64,000 nucleotides of DNA from Paraspadella gotoi (lineage: Eukaryota > Animalia > Chaetognatha). Below are positions 12,725 to 32,911 of the stretch, in pieces. Every line of letters begins with the position of its first letter. The stretch's first letter is position 1. A program made the translations under genes and the position numbers. Under the pieces are notes generated by a model that was not told the DNA's origin, did no database searches, and worked only from the letters and a program-made list of their open reading frames with translations. Location of the stretch: positions 23,293,497 through 23,357,496 of the forward strand of contig CM119269.1 of the NCBI GenBank assembly GCA_051294375.1. The letters run 5' to 3'.

Positions 12725-13970
12725 AGCGCCTCAGCCGGCGGAAACAAGTAATTCAAGCCTGCGAACTAATGAGAGAGACAGCGACATCTAGAAAGACGAC
12801 GACGACGACGACGACGAGAAAACGAAACGGTTGTAAAAATTGGGTCGAGTGAAAATCGAAGTGACTCCGAAAGCGAAAGTCGGTGAGACCGTGAGAGTGA
12901 CAAAAAGAGATTGATAGACGGACAGTCAGACAGAAAAAGAGAAAGAGAAAGAGACGGAGTCAGATAGACAAAGAGACAAACAGACAGACCGAGATACAAA
13001 GAGAGAGACACAAAGAAAAAAAACAGAAAAAGATTTAGACAGACAGAGATACAGACATAGAGAGACAGTCAAATAGAGAGAGAGATAAAAAGACGGTTAA
13101 AGAGCCAGACAAACAGACAGAATGATAAACGAGAGTGGTTGATATAATTAGAAGTAATTAAGTTTTAATTAAGTTCGAATTCAAATAATAGACTAATTAG
13201 ACGGAAGAATGAAAGGATTCATGGATTTATGGATGGATTGATATATGGAGAAACGAATATATGAATGGACAGATGGATGGACGGACGAATGGACGGACGG
13301 AGGGATGATCCAGTGATGAAGGAAGAAATGTAATTTGATCAAAAATGAAAAGTGGGTCAAGGTTATTTATAGAGGAAGTGCGTGGGAGGGAGAGAAGAGG
13401 AGAGAAGAGAAGAAAAGAAAATAAAAGAGAAAAAAAGAGAAGAATAAAAAGAAAAGAAAAGAAAAGAAAAGAGAAGTGGAGATAAAAAAGAAAAGAAAAG
13501 AAAAGAAAAGAAAAGGGAAGTCAAGATAAAAAAAGGGGAGAATAGATAAGAAAAGCCCAATGAGCTAATGACGCGCCTTCGGCAGCCAAAGGATTAAGAA
13601 AATCATTTGGTGCAAATGAGATTCAGTCAGCAAAATGTGAATTTGAAAATCTTTGTCTCTCTGTCTTTTTCTTTCTATCTCTGACTCTCTCTCTTTGTCT
13701 TTGTCTTTGTCTTTTTTTCTAACTCTGTCTTTCTCTCTCTCATATGATCTATGTATAAACAAAGGTTTCAAAATGAATAAAAAGAAGAGAAAATAAATTA
13801 ATAAAGATTAAAATAAAATAATTAAGATTGACATCAGCAGAATGGCGACTTTTTTATTCTCTCTTGGTTGATTGCGTCTCTGGCAGATAAGACGAAAGAG
13901 AGGGGAAGAGAAGAAATCTCTCTCTCTCTCTCTCTTTTCGTCTCTGTTTCTCTCGTTGCCTCTTTTATCG

Positions 13971-14099
13971 TCATTTTCCTTTCTCCTTGAAGTATTCGCC
14001 TGAGGAGAAAAAAAATAGGGAATGTTGTCAAAGGCATTCATCCTCCCTCTCTCTCTTCTTCTCTCCTCTCTCCTTCTCTCTTCTCTCCTCTCTCTTCTC

Positions 14100-14143
<44 letters not shown>

Positions 14144-16161
14144 AAGATTAATAGTCCACCATCGATAAACTCGTCCAAATCGACCTTCAGTCATCTCACA
14201 TTTGCCTTTGACTCACTCTCCTACTCACTCTCTCTCTAACTCACTATCTCTCAATATAAAACTCACTCTTACTCCCTGTCTAACTCAATAACTTTCACTC
14301 TCCAACTCTCTCTCTCTCTCTCTTAAACTCTCACTCACTCTCAAACTCAATCTCTTTCACTCTCTAACTCTCTCTCTCTAAATCTCACTCACTCTCTAAC
14401 TCAACCTCTTTCACTCTCTAACTCTCTCTCTCTCTTAATCTCACTCACTTTCTATCTCAATCTCTCTCTAACTCTCACTCACTCTCTAACTCAATCTCTT
14501 TCACTCTCTAACCCTCTCTCTCTCTAAATCTCACTCACTCTCTAACTCAATCTCTCTCTAACTCTCACTCACTCTCTAACTCAATCTCTTTCACTCTCTA
14601 ACTCTCTCTCTCTCTAAATCTCACTCACTCTCTAACTCAATCACTTTCACTCTCTAACTATCTCTCTCTCTAACTCTCACTCACTCTCTAACTCAATCTC
14701 TCTTTCTAACTCACTCACTTTTTATCATCACCAATCAGTAAACTTCCTTTTGAAAATCCCACTCGGCCTTATTTCCCCAGAACGCCCCATTTCATCTTTA
14801 ATTCAGAATTAAGTTTATGTATCAAGTTAAAAATTAAGTAGAGAGTTAGCGATTAGGTGAGGGACTATGTATTTTTTAAAAGAGACCTATTTCTGTTAGT
14901 TTATCCCAAAATTTAATTTAATTTAACTTAAAAATAGTTTTAAACTAATCTCGATCCCTAATCTCAAACCTTAACCTAATCCTGAACCCTAATCTTTAAC
15001 CTTAACCTAATCCTGAACCCTAATTTTTAACCTTAACCTTGAAGAGACAGTAATTATTATTATTTGTGACAGAACCGTTCAAAATAAGCAATCCCTGAGC
15101 TTCGGATCAGGCTGTAACACCGTGTGTAGAAAAGATTATGCCTAGCGTTCTCTTTGTCCCTCTTTTTCCCTCGTTCGGCGTTTGGCCAGTTTTAAGGTCA
15201 ATATTTTTACCTTTCTTCATGGAGAAATTCGGGCTAAGGTTAGTTTCATTTTAAACCAAAGCAGAAGCAACCATCGCCCGGAAAAAATACATTTTCTAGA
15301 GATTTTGGGAACTATTTTCGTTTTTGCCAATTTGTACTCGATTTTCCTTAAATCATAGAAACTCATTCAAAACTCGTTTCGACTTTTAAAAAACTCATGT
15401 TGAAGACTTTGGACGGGTGATGGAAAACGTTGAAATTTACAAGCGTGAAGAAAAAAAATTCTTCACACCGTGTTACAAGCGGGTTAAGCAACCCGTCCCT
15501 CTTAACTTCTAGGCGACCACCGGGCTAAAACCCCGGACCTTTGGGTTGGGAAGCGAATGACTTGCCTCTGGCACTAATGGCTGCTGATGAACGGTTGGTG
15601 GATTTTAGTCCTCCACAACCTAATCCTGAACCCCAAGCTCTAATCCTTAATTTATTACAAAAACCTCTAACCCTCATTCTATCTTTACAATAAATTCCAC
15701 AATTTAATTTTAAATTTAGCGTTTAACTTGAAAATGGTCTTAAACCAATACCTAACCCTAATCACTAAAATAATTTATAACATAATACTTAACTTTCACC
15801 TCCAACTTAATTTTAAATGAAATAAAATTAACCTAATTCTAAATTTAAAATAAAATGGGGCGTTCTAGGAAAAAAATGCCCACAAGACTGACCCGATGAC
15901 TTACCCAATCTTTCCACAGCTTCGACGCAGACAGAAGGAAACATCCCATCCGTGTAAGAGGCGAGAATGACGAGCGTGTGGGTTCGAACTGTGGGTTAAA
16001 TGTGGAAAGAGGAGTTAGGCAAATGCGGGGGCAAAAGAATGAGACAGAGAGCGAGTGATCTGTACAGAATAGAGAGAGAGAGAGATGCGACAAAGAAAGT
16101 ATATCGATCCGAGTCAAGATAAAGCGAAAGGAATAATCAAGAGAAGATAATTGAATTTCGG

Positions 16162-16200
<39 letters not shown>

Positions 16201-16321
16201 CAGAGAGAGAAAGAGAGGGTCCCGATCAATTAAAAGGGGGAGGTAATAAAGTGAGAAATCCAATCACGACTAGAAAAAGGGAAGAAGAAGAATAAAGAAA
16301 CATTAGGAGAGAAAGAAGAGA

Positions 16322-16370
<49 letters not shown>

Positions 16371-19300
16371 AATATGAAAATTTAAGTGTGGAAAAAAGAG
16401 CTAAAAAAAGAAAAATCAAAAAATCGATTAATCAATAATTTTACAATTTGTTTCGCCATAAAACCAATAAAACAATAAAAACGACAAATTAAAAAACAAC
16501 ACTGAAGAAACAAGATAAAAATAAATACAACAACAACAACAAAGAATATCGAAAATCCGTGAATAAAAACGAGAATTAACGATTAACCGTCGACTGTGAT
16601 TCTGACGAGGGATAAATAAATGGACGCTTTCCAATATTTGGCCTTTTTAAAGGTTGGCCTGTCGATATTTGGCCTTTTGAAAGTTGGCCTGTCGATTGTT
16701 GGCCTTTTGAAGGTTGCCCTCCTAATATTTGGCCTCATTTTCTCCCTCTTTGCTCCCCTCTCCCTCTCTCTTCCTCTTCTCTCTTTCTCCTCCTCTTCTC
16801 CCTCCTTNNNNNNNNNNNNNNNNNNNNNNNNNNNNNNNNNNNNNNNNNNNNNNNNNNNNNNNNNNNNNNNNNNNNNNNNNNNNNNNNNNNNNNNNNNNNN
16901 NNNNNNNNNNNNNNNNNNNNNNNNNNNNNNNNNNNNNNNNNNNNNNNNNNNNNNNNNNNNNNNNNNNNNNNNNNNNNNNNNNNNNNNNNNNNNNNNNNNN
17001 NNNNNNNNNNNNNNNNNNNNNNNNNNNNNNNNNNNNNNNNNNNNNNNNNNNNNNNNNNNNNNNNNNNNNNNNNNNNNNNNNNNNNNNNNNNNNNNNNNNN
17101 NNNNNNNNNNNNNNNNNNNNNNNNNNNNNNNNNNNNNNNNNNNNNNNNNNNNNNNNNNNNNNNNNNNNNNNNNNNNNNNNNNNNNNNNNNNNNNNNNNNN
17201 NNNNNNNNNNNNNNNNNNNNNNNNNNNNNNNNNNNNNNNNNNNNNNNNNNNNNNNNNNNNNNNNNNNNNNNNNNNNNNNNNNNNNNNNNNNNNNNNNNNN
17301 NNNNNNNNNNNNNNNNNNNNNNNNNNNNNNNNNNNNNNNNNNNNNNNNNNNNNNNNNNNNNNNNNNNNNNNNNNNNNNNNNNNNNNNNNNNNNNNNNNNN
17401 NNNNNNNNNNNNNNNNNNNNNNNNNNNNNNNNNNNNNNNNNNNNNNNNNNNNNNNNNNNNNNNNNNNNNNNNNNNNNNNNNNNNNNNNNNNNNNNNNNNN
17501 NNNNNNNNNNNNNNNNNNNNNNNNNNNNNNNNNNNNNNNNNNNNNNNNNNNNNNNNNNNNNNNNNNNNNNNNNNNNNNNNNNNNNNNNNNNNNNNNNNNN
17601 NNNNNNNNNNNNNNNNNNNNNNNNNNNNNNNNNNNNNNNNNNNNNNNNNNNNNNNNNNNNNNNNNNNNNNNNNNNNNNNNNNNNNNNNNNNNNNNNNNNN
17701 NNNNNNNNNNNNNNNNNNNNNNNNNNNNNNNNNNNNNNNNNNNNNNNNNNNNNNNNNNNNNNNNNNNNNNNNNNNNNNNNTCTCATTCTCTCCTCCCCTT
17801 CTCCCTCTCTCCTCCCTCTCTCCCTCATTCTTACCTAACACGATTCCCGTTTTTCCATCTTTGGCATAAATTGAGTTTTTGTCAGCTCGGACACAGCGAA
17901 GGTGCCTCCCGTCAAAATGGTAACTTTCACTCTCCAACTCTCTCTCTCTTCTCCTTAAACTCTCACTCACTCTCAAAACTCAATCTCTTTCACTCTCTAA
18001 CTCTCTCTCTCTAAATCTTCACTCACTCTCTAACTCAAACTCTTTCACTCTCTAACCTCTTCTCTCTCTCTTAATCTCACTCACTTTCTATCTCAATCTC
18101 TCTCTAAACTCTCACTCACTCTCTAACTTCAATCTCTTTCACTCTCTGAAACCCTCTCTCTTCTAAATCTCACTCACTCTCTAACTCCATCTCTCTCTAA
18201 CTCTCACTCACTCTCTAAACTCATTCTTTTCACTCTCTAACTCTCTCTCTCTCTAAATCTCACTACTCATCTCTCTAACTCAATCACTTTCACTCTCTAA
18301 CTATCTCTCTCTCCTAACTCTCACTCACTCTCTAACTCAATCCTCTCTTTCTAACTCACTCACTTTTTATCATCAACCATCAGTAAACTTCCTTTTGAAA
18401 ATCCCACTCGCGGCCTTATCCCAGAACGCTCCCATGTTTCATCTTTAATTCAGAATTAAGTTTATGTATCAAGTTAAAAATTAAGTAGAGAGTTAGCGAT
18501 TAGGTGAGGGACTATGTATTTTTTAAAAGAGGACCTATTTCTGTTAGTTTATCCCAAAATTTAATTTAATTTTAAGACTAAAAATAGGTTTTAAACTAAT
18601 CTCGAATCCCTAATCTCAAACCTTAACCTAATCCTGAACCCTAATTTTAACCTTACCTAATCCTAACCCTAATTTTTAACCTTAACCTTGAAGAGACAGT
18701 AGATTATTATTATTTGTGACAGAACCGGTTCAAAATAAGCAATCCCTGAGCTTCGGATTCGGCTGTAACACCGTGTTTGTAGAAAATGATTATGCTAGCG
18801 TTTCTCTTTGTCCCTCTTTTTCCCTCGTTCGGCGTTTGGCCAGTTTTAAGGTCAATATTTTTACCTTTCTTCATGGAGAAATTCGGCTAAGGTTAGTTTC
18901 ATTTTATAACAAAGCAGAAGCAACCATCGCCCGGAAAAAAATACATTTTCTAAAGATTTTGGGGAAGTATTTTCGTTTTGCCAATTTGACTCGATGTTTC
19001 CTTAAATCATAGAAACTCATTTCAAAACACTCGTTCGACTTTTAAAAACTCATGTTTGAAGACTTTCGAGCACGGGTGATGGAAAACGTTGAAATTTACG
19101 AAGCGTGACAGAAAAAAAATTCTTCACCACCGTGTTACAAGCGGTTTTTAAGCAACCCGTCCCTCTTAACTTCTAGGCGACCACCGGGCTAAAACCCCGG
19201 ACCTTTGGCCTGTTGGGAAAGCGAATGACTTGCCATCTGGCACTAATGGCTGCTGAATAAAAACATGGAACGGTTGGTGATTTTAGTCCACCACAACCTA

Positions 19301-19862
19301 ATTCCTGAACCCCAAGCTCTAATCCTTAATTTATTACAAAAACCTCTAACCCTCATTCTATCTTTACAATAAATTCCACAATTTAATTTAAATTTAGCGT
19401 TTAACTTGAAAATGGTCTTTAAACCAATACCTAACCCTAATCACTAAAATAATTTATAACATAATACTTAACTTCACCCCAACTTAATTTTAAATGAATA
19501 GTAAAATTAACCTAATTTCTAAATTTAAAATAAAATGGGGCGTTACTTAGGAAAAAAAAATGCCCACAGACTGACCCGATGGACTTACCCAATCTTTCCA
19601 CAAGCTTCGACGCAGACAGAAGGACAACATCCATCCGTTGTAAGAGGCGAGAAATGACGAGCGTAGCTGGGTTCGAACTGTGGCGTTAAATGTGGAAAGA
19701 GGAGTTAATGGCGAGGCAAAGAATGAGACAGAGAGCGAGTGATCTGTACAGAATTAGAGAGAGAGAGCAGATGCGACAAAGAAAGTATATCGATCCGAGT
19801 CAAGATAAAGCGAAAGGAATTTAATCAAGAGAAGATAATTGAATTTCGGGGGAGAGAGAGAT

Positions 19863-19942
<80 letters not shown>

Positions 19943-20065
19943 CAGAGAGAGAAAGAGAGGGGTCCCGGATCAATTAAAAGGGGGAGGGTAATAAAGTGAG
20001 AAATCCAATCACGACTAGAAAGGGAAAAGAAAGAAATAAAGAAACATTAGGAGAGAAAGAGAGAC

Positions 20066-20144
<79 letters not shown>

Positions 20145-22566
20145 AATATGAAAATTTAAGTGTGGAAAAAAGAGCTAAAAAAAGAAAAATCAAAAAAATC
20201 GATTAATCAATAATTTTACAATTTGTTTCGCCATAAAACCAATAAAACAATAAAAACGACAAATTAAAAAACAACACTGAAGAAACAAGATAAAAATAAA
20301 TACAACAACAACAACAAAGAATATCGAAAATCCCGTGAATAAAAACGAGAATTAACGATTAACCGTCGACTGTGATTCTGCACGAAAGGATAAATAAATG
20401 GACGCTTTCCAATATTTGGCCTTTTTTAAAGGTTGGCCTGTCGATATTTGGCCTTTTGAAAGTTGCGCCTGTCGATTGTTGGCCTTCTTGAAGGTTGCCC
20501 TCCTAATATTTGGCGCCTCCATTTTCTCCCTCTTTGCTTCCCCTCTCCCTCTCTCTTCCTCTCTCTCTCTTTCTCCTCCTCTTCTCCCTCCTTTCCTCCT
20601 CTCCCTCTCTTCCTCCCCTTTCCTTCTCTCCTCCCCTCTCCCCCTTTCTCCCTTCCCTCTCTCCTCCCCCTCCTTCTCTTCCTTCCCTTCTTTCCTCCCC
20701 TCTTCTCTCTCCTCCCCTTTCCCTCTCTCTCCCTCTCCCTGCTCTCCCCCCTTCCTCCCTCTCTCCTCCCCTTCTCCCTTCTCCTCCCCTTCTCCCTCTC
20801 TCCTCCTCTTCTCTCTTTCTCCTCCTCTTCTCCCTCCTTTCCTCCCCTCATCCTCTCTCCTCCCCTAATCCCTCTCTCCTCCCCTTCTCCCCTCTCTCCT
20901 CCCTTCTCCTCTCTTCTCCCTCCTTTCCTCCCCTCTCCCTCTCTCCTCCCCTTCTCCCTCTCTCCTCCTCTTCTCATTCTCTCCTCGCCCTTCTCCCTCT
21001 CTCCTCTCTTCTCCCTCCTTTCCTCCCCTCTCCCTCTCTCCTCCCCTTCCCCTCTCTCCTCACCTTCTCCTTCTCTCCTCCCTTTCTCATTCTCTCCTCC
21101 CCTTCTCCCTGTCTCCTTCCCTTCTCCCTTTTTTTCTCCCTTTCGCCCTCTCTTCTCTCCCCTTCTCCCTCCCTCCTCCCCTTCTCCCTCTCTCCTCTCT
21201 TCTCCCTCCTTTCCTCCCTCTCCCCTCTCTCCTCCCCTTCTCCTCTCTCTCCTCCCTTTCTCATTCTCTCCTCCCCTTCTCCTTCTCTCCTCTCTTCTCT
21301 CTCCTTTCCTCCCCTCTCCCTCTCTCCTCCCCTTTCTCCCTCTCTCCTCCCCTTTCTCCCTCTTTCTTCCCCTTCTCATTCTCTCCTCCCCTTCTCCCTC
21401 TCTCCTATCTTCTCCCTCCTTTTCTCCCCTCTCCCTCTCTCCTCCCCTTCTCCCTCTCTCCTCCCCTTCTCCCTCTCTCCTCCCCTTCTCCCTCTCTCCT
21501 CCCCTTCTCCCCTATCTCCTCCCCTTCTCCCCCTCTCCTCCCCTTCTCCTCTTTTCCTCCCTTTCTCCTCTCTTCCTCCCTTTTCTCATTCTCTCCTCCC
21601 CTTCTCCCTCTCTCCTCCCTCTCTCCCTCATTCTTACCTAACAACGATTCCCGTTTTTCGCATCTTTGGCATAAATTGAGTTTTTTGTCAGCTCGGACAC
21701 AGCGAAGGTGCCTCCCGTCAAAATGGAATCTAGGGAGAGAATAGAGAGAGAGTCAGCTCGGACACAGCGAAGGTGCCTCCCGTCAAAATGGAATCTAGGG
21801 AGAGAGATAGAGAGAGAGTCAGCTCGGACACAGCGAAGGTGCCTCCCGTCAAAATGGAATCTAGGGAGAGAGATAGAGAGAGAGTCAGCTCGGACACAGC
21901 GAAGGTGCCTCTCCGTCAAAATGGAATCTAGGGAGAGAGATAGAGAGAGAGTCAGCTCGGACACAGCGAAGNNNNNNNNNNNNNNNNNNNNNNNNNGTGC
22001 CTCCCGTCAAAATGGAATCTCGGGAGAGAGATAGAGAGAGAGTCAGCTCGGACACAACGAAGGTGCCTCCTGTCAAAATGGAATCTAGGGAGAGAGATAG
22101 AGAGTCAGCTCGAACACAGCGAAGGTGCCTCCCGTCAAAATGGAATCTAGCGAGAGAGATAGAGAGAGAGTCAGCTTGGACACAGCGAAGGTGCCTCCCG
22201 TCAAAATGGAATCTAGGGAGAGAGATAGAGAGAGAGTCAGCTCGGACACAGCGAAGGTGCCTCCCGTCAAAATGGAATCTCGGGAGAGAGATAGAGTCAA
22301 GTAGTGAGGGAGTCAGATAGAGAAATGGTCAGATAGAGTTAGAGTCAAACAGAGAGGGAGTCAGATAGGACCTATCTATAGAGAGATAGAGATAGAAAGG
22401 CTGATGGTAGTATAAACTATAAAGTATAACAAAGAACTAAGAAAACGTAAAACATCAAAGAATAAATAAATAAATAATTAAATAAATAAATAAATGTATA
22501 AATAACCAAATAAACAAATAAATAAATTAATAAATTAATAAATTAACAAATAAACAAATAAACAAA

Positions 22567-22629
<63 letters not shown>

Positions 22630-22844
22630 ATAGTTAAATAAATAATTAAATAAACCAACCCGTCCATCCTTAATCGAGATGGCGTCTTAAAAGCATCCAT
22701 GACCGAAGGGACATCTTTGGGCCGAAGATCGAATCCGACCGTCGAGGCGACGACGTGCAAGTCAGCCCGACGCAGCAGAGCAGCGTTAGACACGTGCTCG
22801 GTCCCCAGCAACGCGTCGTGAAGCAAATGCTGGAGTTGGTTCAT
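13971..22844 (-). CDS. PFN4: Profilin-4-like protein, 4 exons
   Basis: Exons 22844-22660, 21729-21638 (cleaner partial copy at 17920-17835), 15988-15905, 13999-13971 splice to MNQLQHLLHDALLGTEHVSNAALL...RMDGFHFDGRHLRCVRADKNSIYAKDGKTGIVLVRTHTLVILASYTDGMFPSVCVEAVERLGEYFKEKGK*. This matches recalled PFN4 motifs (LLGTKHVDSAAL, CVRAD, YPSICVEA). Confidence 0.9.
14200..14720. repeat. CT-rich minisatellite (CTCTAACTCAATCTCTTTCACT-type units)
   Basis: Directly visible; repeated in the duplicated segment at 17921-18365. Confidence 0.8.
14765..15880. mobile_element. Telomere-like-repeat MITE containing a nested tRNA-like repeat, itself carrying a 339 bp insertion
   Basis: Inverted ends GGCCTTATTTCCCCAGAACGCCCCATTT ... 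AAATGGGGCGTTCTAGGAAAAAAATGCC; TAACCC-like interior; nested element 15042-15617; insertion 15126-15464. Confidence 0.7.
17921..21726. other. Indel-rich second copy of 14289-17920 (probable assembly/gap-fill duplication)
   Basis: Colinear with 14289-17920 but full of 1-2 nt insertions. The junction at 17920/17921 cuts PFN4 exon 2. Adjacent to the N gap 16808-17780. Confidence 0.85.
21688..22296 (-). repeat. ~66 bp tandem repeat (~9 copies, one N gap) made of a 3' splice site plus the start of PFN4 exon 2
   Basis: Minus-strand unit TCTCTCTCTATCTCTCTCCCTAG|ATTCCATTTTGACGGGAGGCACCTTCGCTGTGTCCGAGCTGAC. Confidence 0.95.
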
Positions 22845-23415
22845 CGTGAGTGGTGATGGGGTGATGTTGATGTAGCGATGTCGTAATGGAATCTTTTTTC
22901 GATTTAGGGATGATTAATTGGTTGATTGATTGATTGATTGTATAACTTTGAAGATGAAAAGAGTATTAAAAAAGGTTTGACGAGCAGTTGTATAAAAAAA
23001 ACTTGATTTCTTGATTCACTAATTGGTAGCATTTGTAAATAGTCTGCTTGTTAATTTTATATTATTTTTTTAAATTTTTTTATATATTCAGTTTTGAAAA
23101 GTTTTTCTTTTCCTGCGACAAAAGATATCAGGAACAAATTTAATTTACATTTTTTTTTACACGAGATAATTTAGAGAAAACCAAGTTTATTTGAAGAATA
23201 CTCGTAAAAGTAAGATTGTACGTATGTTTAGATGTGTCGTCTTAAATTCTTTAAAAATCGTTGTTTGTAAACAAATAAAACTTTGTTTTCTCTATAAATT
23301 CAATACGCAACGAAAAAAAAGTCGCAACACAATGTCCACGAGATAATTATTTAAAACTCCTACAACCAATATGAAAATTATCCATTTATTTAATAAATCA
23401 GCTAATTTTGTTCTT

Positions 23416-29665
<6,250 letters not shown>

Positions 29666-30129
29666 TGTGATTTCAACGTCAATTATATATAACAATTAGA
29701 ACAAAGTTTTGAAGAGAGATTTAACAACGATTTTTATTTCACAGTGAAACGGTCATGTTTCGAAAGGAAAAAACACAATATAACAATTAGAAATTATCTT
29801 GTAAGAGTGATGGAGGCCCGAAACCATCAAAGCCTGTCCAAAGTCAGGGGCAAGATAGCTTATTTATTAAATGAATGGATAAATTTTTAATGGGTTGTAC
29901 CAATTTCAATAAATTTGGGTAAAAATACGAGAAAAAACAATATTTATTACATTTATTTCAATTCTTTTTAGGCATTTTATTTTAAAAAAAGATTAAAATT
30001 TTAAAATCTGTTTGTTTATTTTTTGTTGTCAATTTTACTTCATTTTGTCTTTGCCCATAAATGAGTAAAAAATGAAATGTTTCAAAATCCCTAGTTGTTG
30101 ACATAATGTAAGACTCTCTTGTTGATTCT

Positions 30130-30850
<721 letters not shown>

Positions 30851-31090
30851 TTAGAAAAAAAGGGAAATTAGAGAGAAAAAAAAAAGGTGGAAGTTGAATT
30901 AGAAGGAAAGAAAAATGAACTGCAAGTTTGATGTGTTGTACAGTTGTGATTTTATTTTGTATCAAGCATTTTCTAATAATTGTGTGCCATTGTGTGAAGC
31001 ATGTGCTTAAGAAGTATTTTATGCTTGATAATTTATTTGACAAGTTAACGGTTTTAACTATTTCATAACAATTTATTATACTAATTATTA

Positions 31091-31609
31091 AGGCGAAGTG
31101 AAAGTTGCCGATCAAAATTCGAATAGTTGATCATGAACATTCTCGTACTAGAGAAGTATGTAATTAATTAATTAATTAATTAATTTCTCAATTTTTGAAT
31201 TAGCTCATATTTATACATAATTCTCACCATAGAAAATGTTAAAATGTTAAAAAAGTTTGTTTTAGTTATGAAAGCAGATTCGAATTCCTTATAAAAAGCT
31301 GTTATAAGAAAATATAAGTCTTAATCAAAAGTTATTTCATTAAGTTAATTAAATAAAATATATTTTATATACTAAAATTTAATTATAGGTTAATAATAAT
31401 AGTTTTTTAGGATTTTGATTCACTTAATGAAATAATTTTTTAAAAAGAATTAAATTTCCTTTTATCAACTTTTCGTGAGGAATTCGAATTCGCTTTTAAA
31501 AATAGGAAAAAAAAAATTTAAATTTGGACGTTTTCTACGGTGAGTACTATGTTCGTGATCTACTATTAGAATTTTGATTCTATTTGATTTTAATATTTTT
31601 GTTTCGCTT
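31091..31609. mobile_element. Diverged TA-flanked MITE
   Basis: TA|AGGCGAAGTGAAA...GTTTCGCTT|TA; internally quasi-palindromic; related to 35089 and 41130. Confidence 0.6.
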
Positions 31610-31695
31610 TAGTGAGTAACGATCATCGCTTCATAATTCATGTTGAACCGCTCTCCTATTCTCGCTCGCCACTTCTCTTAAGTAGCCATGTGGTC

Positions 31696-31830
31696 GGGCA
31701 TTGCCTGGGTTCACCCTGCCTATAAGCATAACACCTTCAGTCTTGACCCGGTGGCTCATTGAATAAAGCCATCAGCTCATGACCACTAGGTATTAGCTTC
31801 AATCCTAACCCAGTACATACCCTGCGGGAA
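31696..31830 (+). mobile_element. tRNA(CAT)-like interspersed repeat
   Basis: Homologous to 56133-56250 (GGGCATTGC...ACACCTTCAGTC...CCATCAGCTCATGACCA..AGGTA). CAT-type anticodon loop; the second copy has a GGATCGAT T-loop reminiscent of initiator tRNA. Confidence 0.5.
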
Positions 31831-32227
31831 GCGTGAGAATGGCCGTAAACCTTCTTGGTTCCACTTCATTATGATTTACTGCAATATGCAAATTAGAATA
31901 TAGTACTTTTTCATTAATTTTCTTCGCTTTACTAATTATACTTTATTAACTTAACATGATCATGTAATTTAGGTGCACTAAGCATCTTATAGTACACAAT
32001 TTTTTTATTAAATAATATTTTAAATTATTCAGAACTAGCTATAAGTTTATATTTATAAGTGGGACAGACCAACAGACAGACCGACCAAAAATGGACTCCT
32101 TGTGTTCATCCGGCGCAGTTAAAAGAAATGAGTTCGTCGAGATAAAAATGTGAAATAATAAAACGAGTAAACGGAATTATAATCAAAATGGCTAATTGTA
32201 CACTGAGGTATTTTTTTAAGTATAAGA

Positions 32228-32286
<59 letters not shown>

Positions 32287-32911
32287 CAGGTTATTAATAT
32301 TTTATGAAAAGAGAGAGAGAGAGAAAGAGAAATATATTCATAACAGTTTAAGGTTTGATAGAAAAATCTTATTACTCAACCTAAATCCCAATTTTCTTTT
32401 TTCCTCTCTTTATCTCCCTCTCTCTCTCTCTCTCTTTCTCTCATTATTCGTCTCGCTCTCCCTTCAGTTCTCCTCTCCTCTTTTCCACCCACGACGCATC
32501 TTCGGTCTAAGACGATTCGAATAGTTATAGTTATAGTTAAATGTGAGAAAGTTTTCCTACCGCTGTTTGATTTAGTATTAAATAAAATTAATACAATTTA
32601 GTGGCTAAGTTTCAACGTTTTAATTTAAAGAATGAAAAATTAAAATGATTCAAAACTTATTACAAGTTTAAATTCTCTTTTATTTTCTAAGCGTCGACAG
32701 AAATGTTCTCTGCAACAATTCCATGGGTCTTTTCCGCCTACAGATCACAGTGGAACATATCTTCTTAGTCACATGTCCACATTTTGAATCGGTCCAGCAT
32801 AACACGAAAATATTTTCCAATTGATGGGTAACTCTTAATTTTGGTAAAAAAAAACAAAAAAAAAAAAAACAATTCACAAAAATTACGTTCCTGTATCGTG
32901 ACAAAGATTGA

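Noticed and set aside
20398-21679. Long S/P/L- or R/E/G-rich ORFs (also 10039-10467, 28285-29172, 46276-46681, 57593-57926 and the X-filled ORFs at 16620-18014)
   Set aside because: Translations of CT/GA microsatellites, low-complexity tracts or N gaps.
17921-21726. Tandem duplication of PFN4 exons 2-3 (mutually exclusive exons)
   Set aside because: The second copy differs by scattered 1-2 nt insertions typical of raw long reads, sits next to an N gap, and its junction truncates an exon. Probably a gap-filling artefact.
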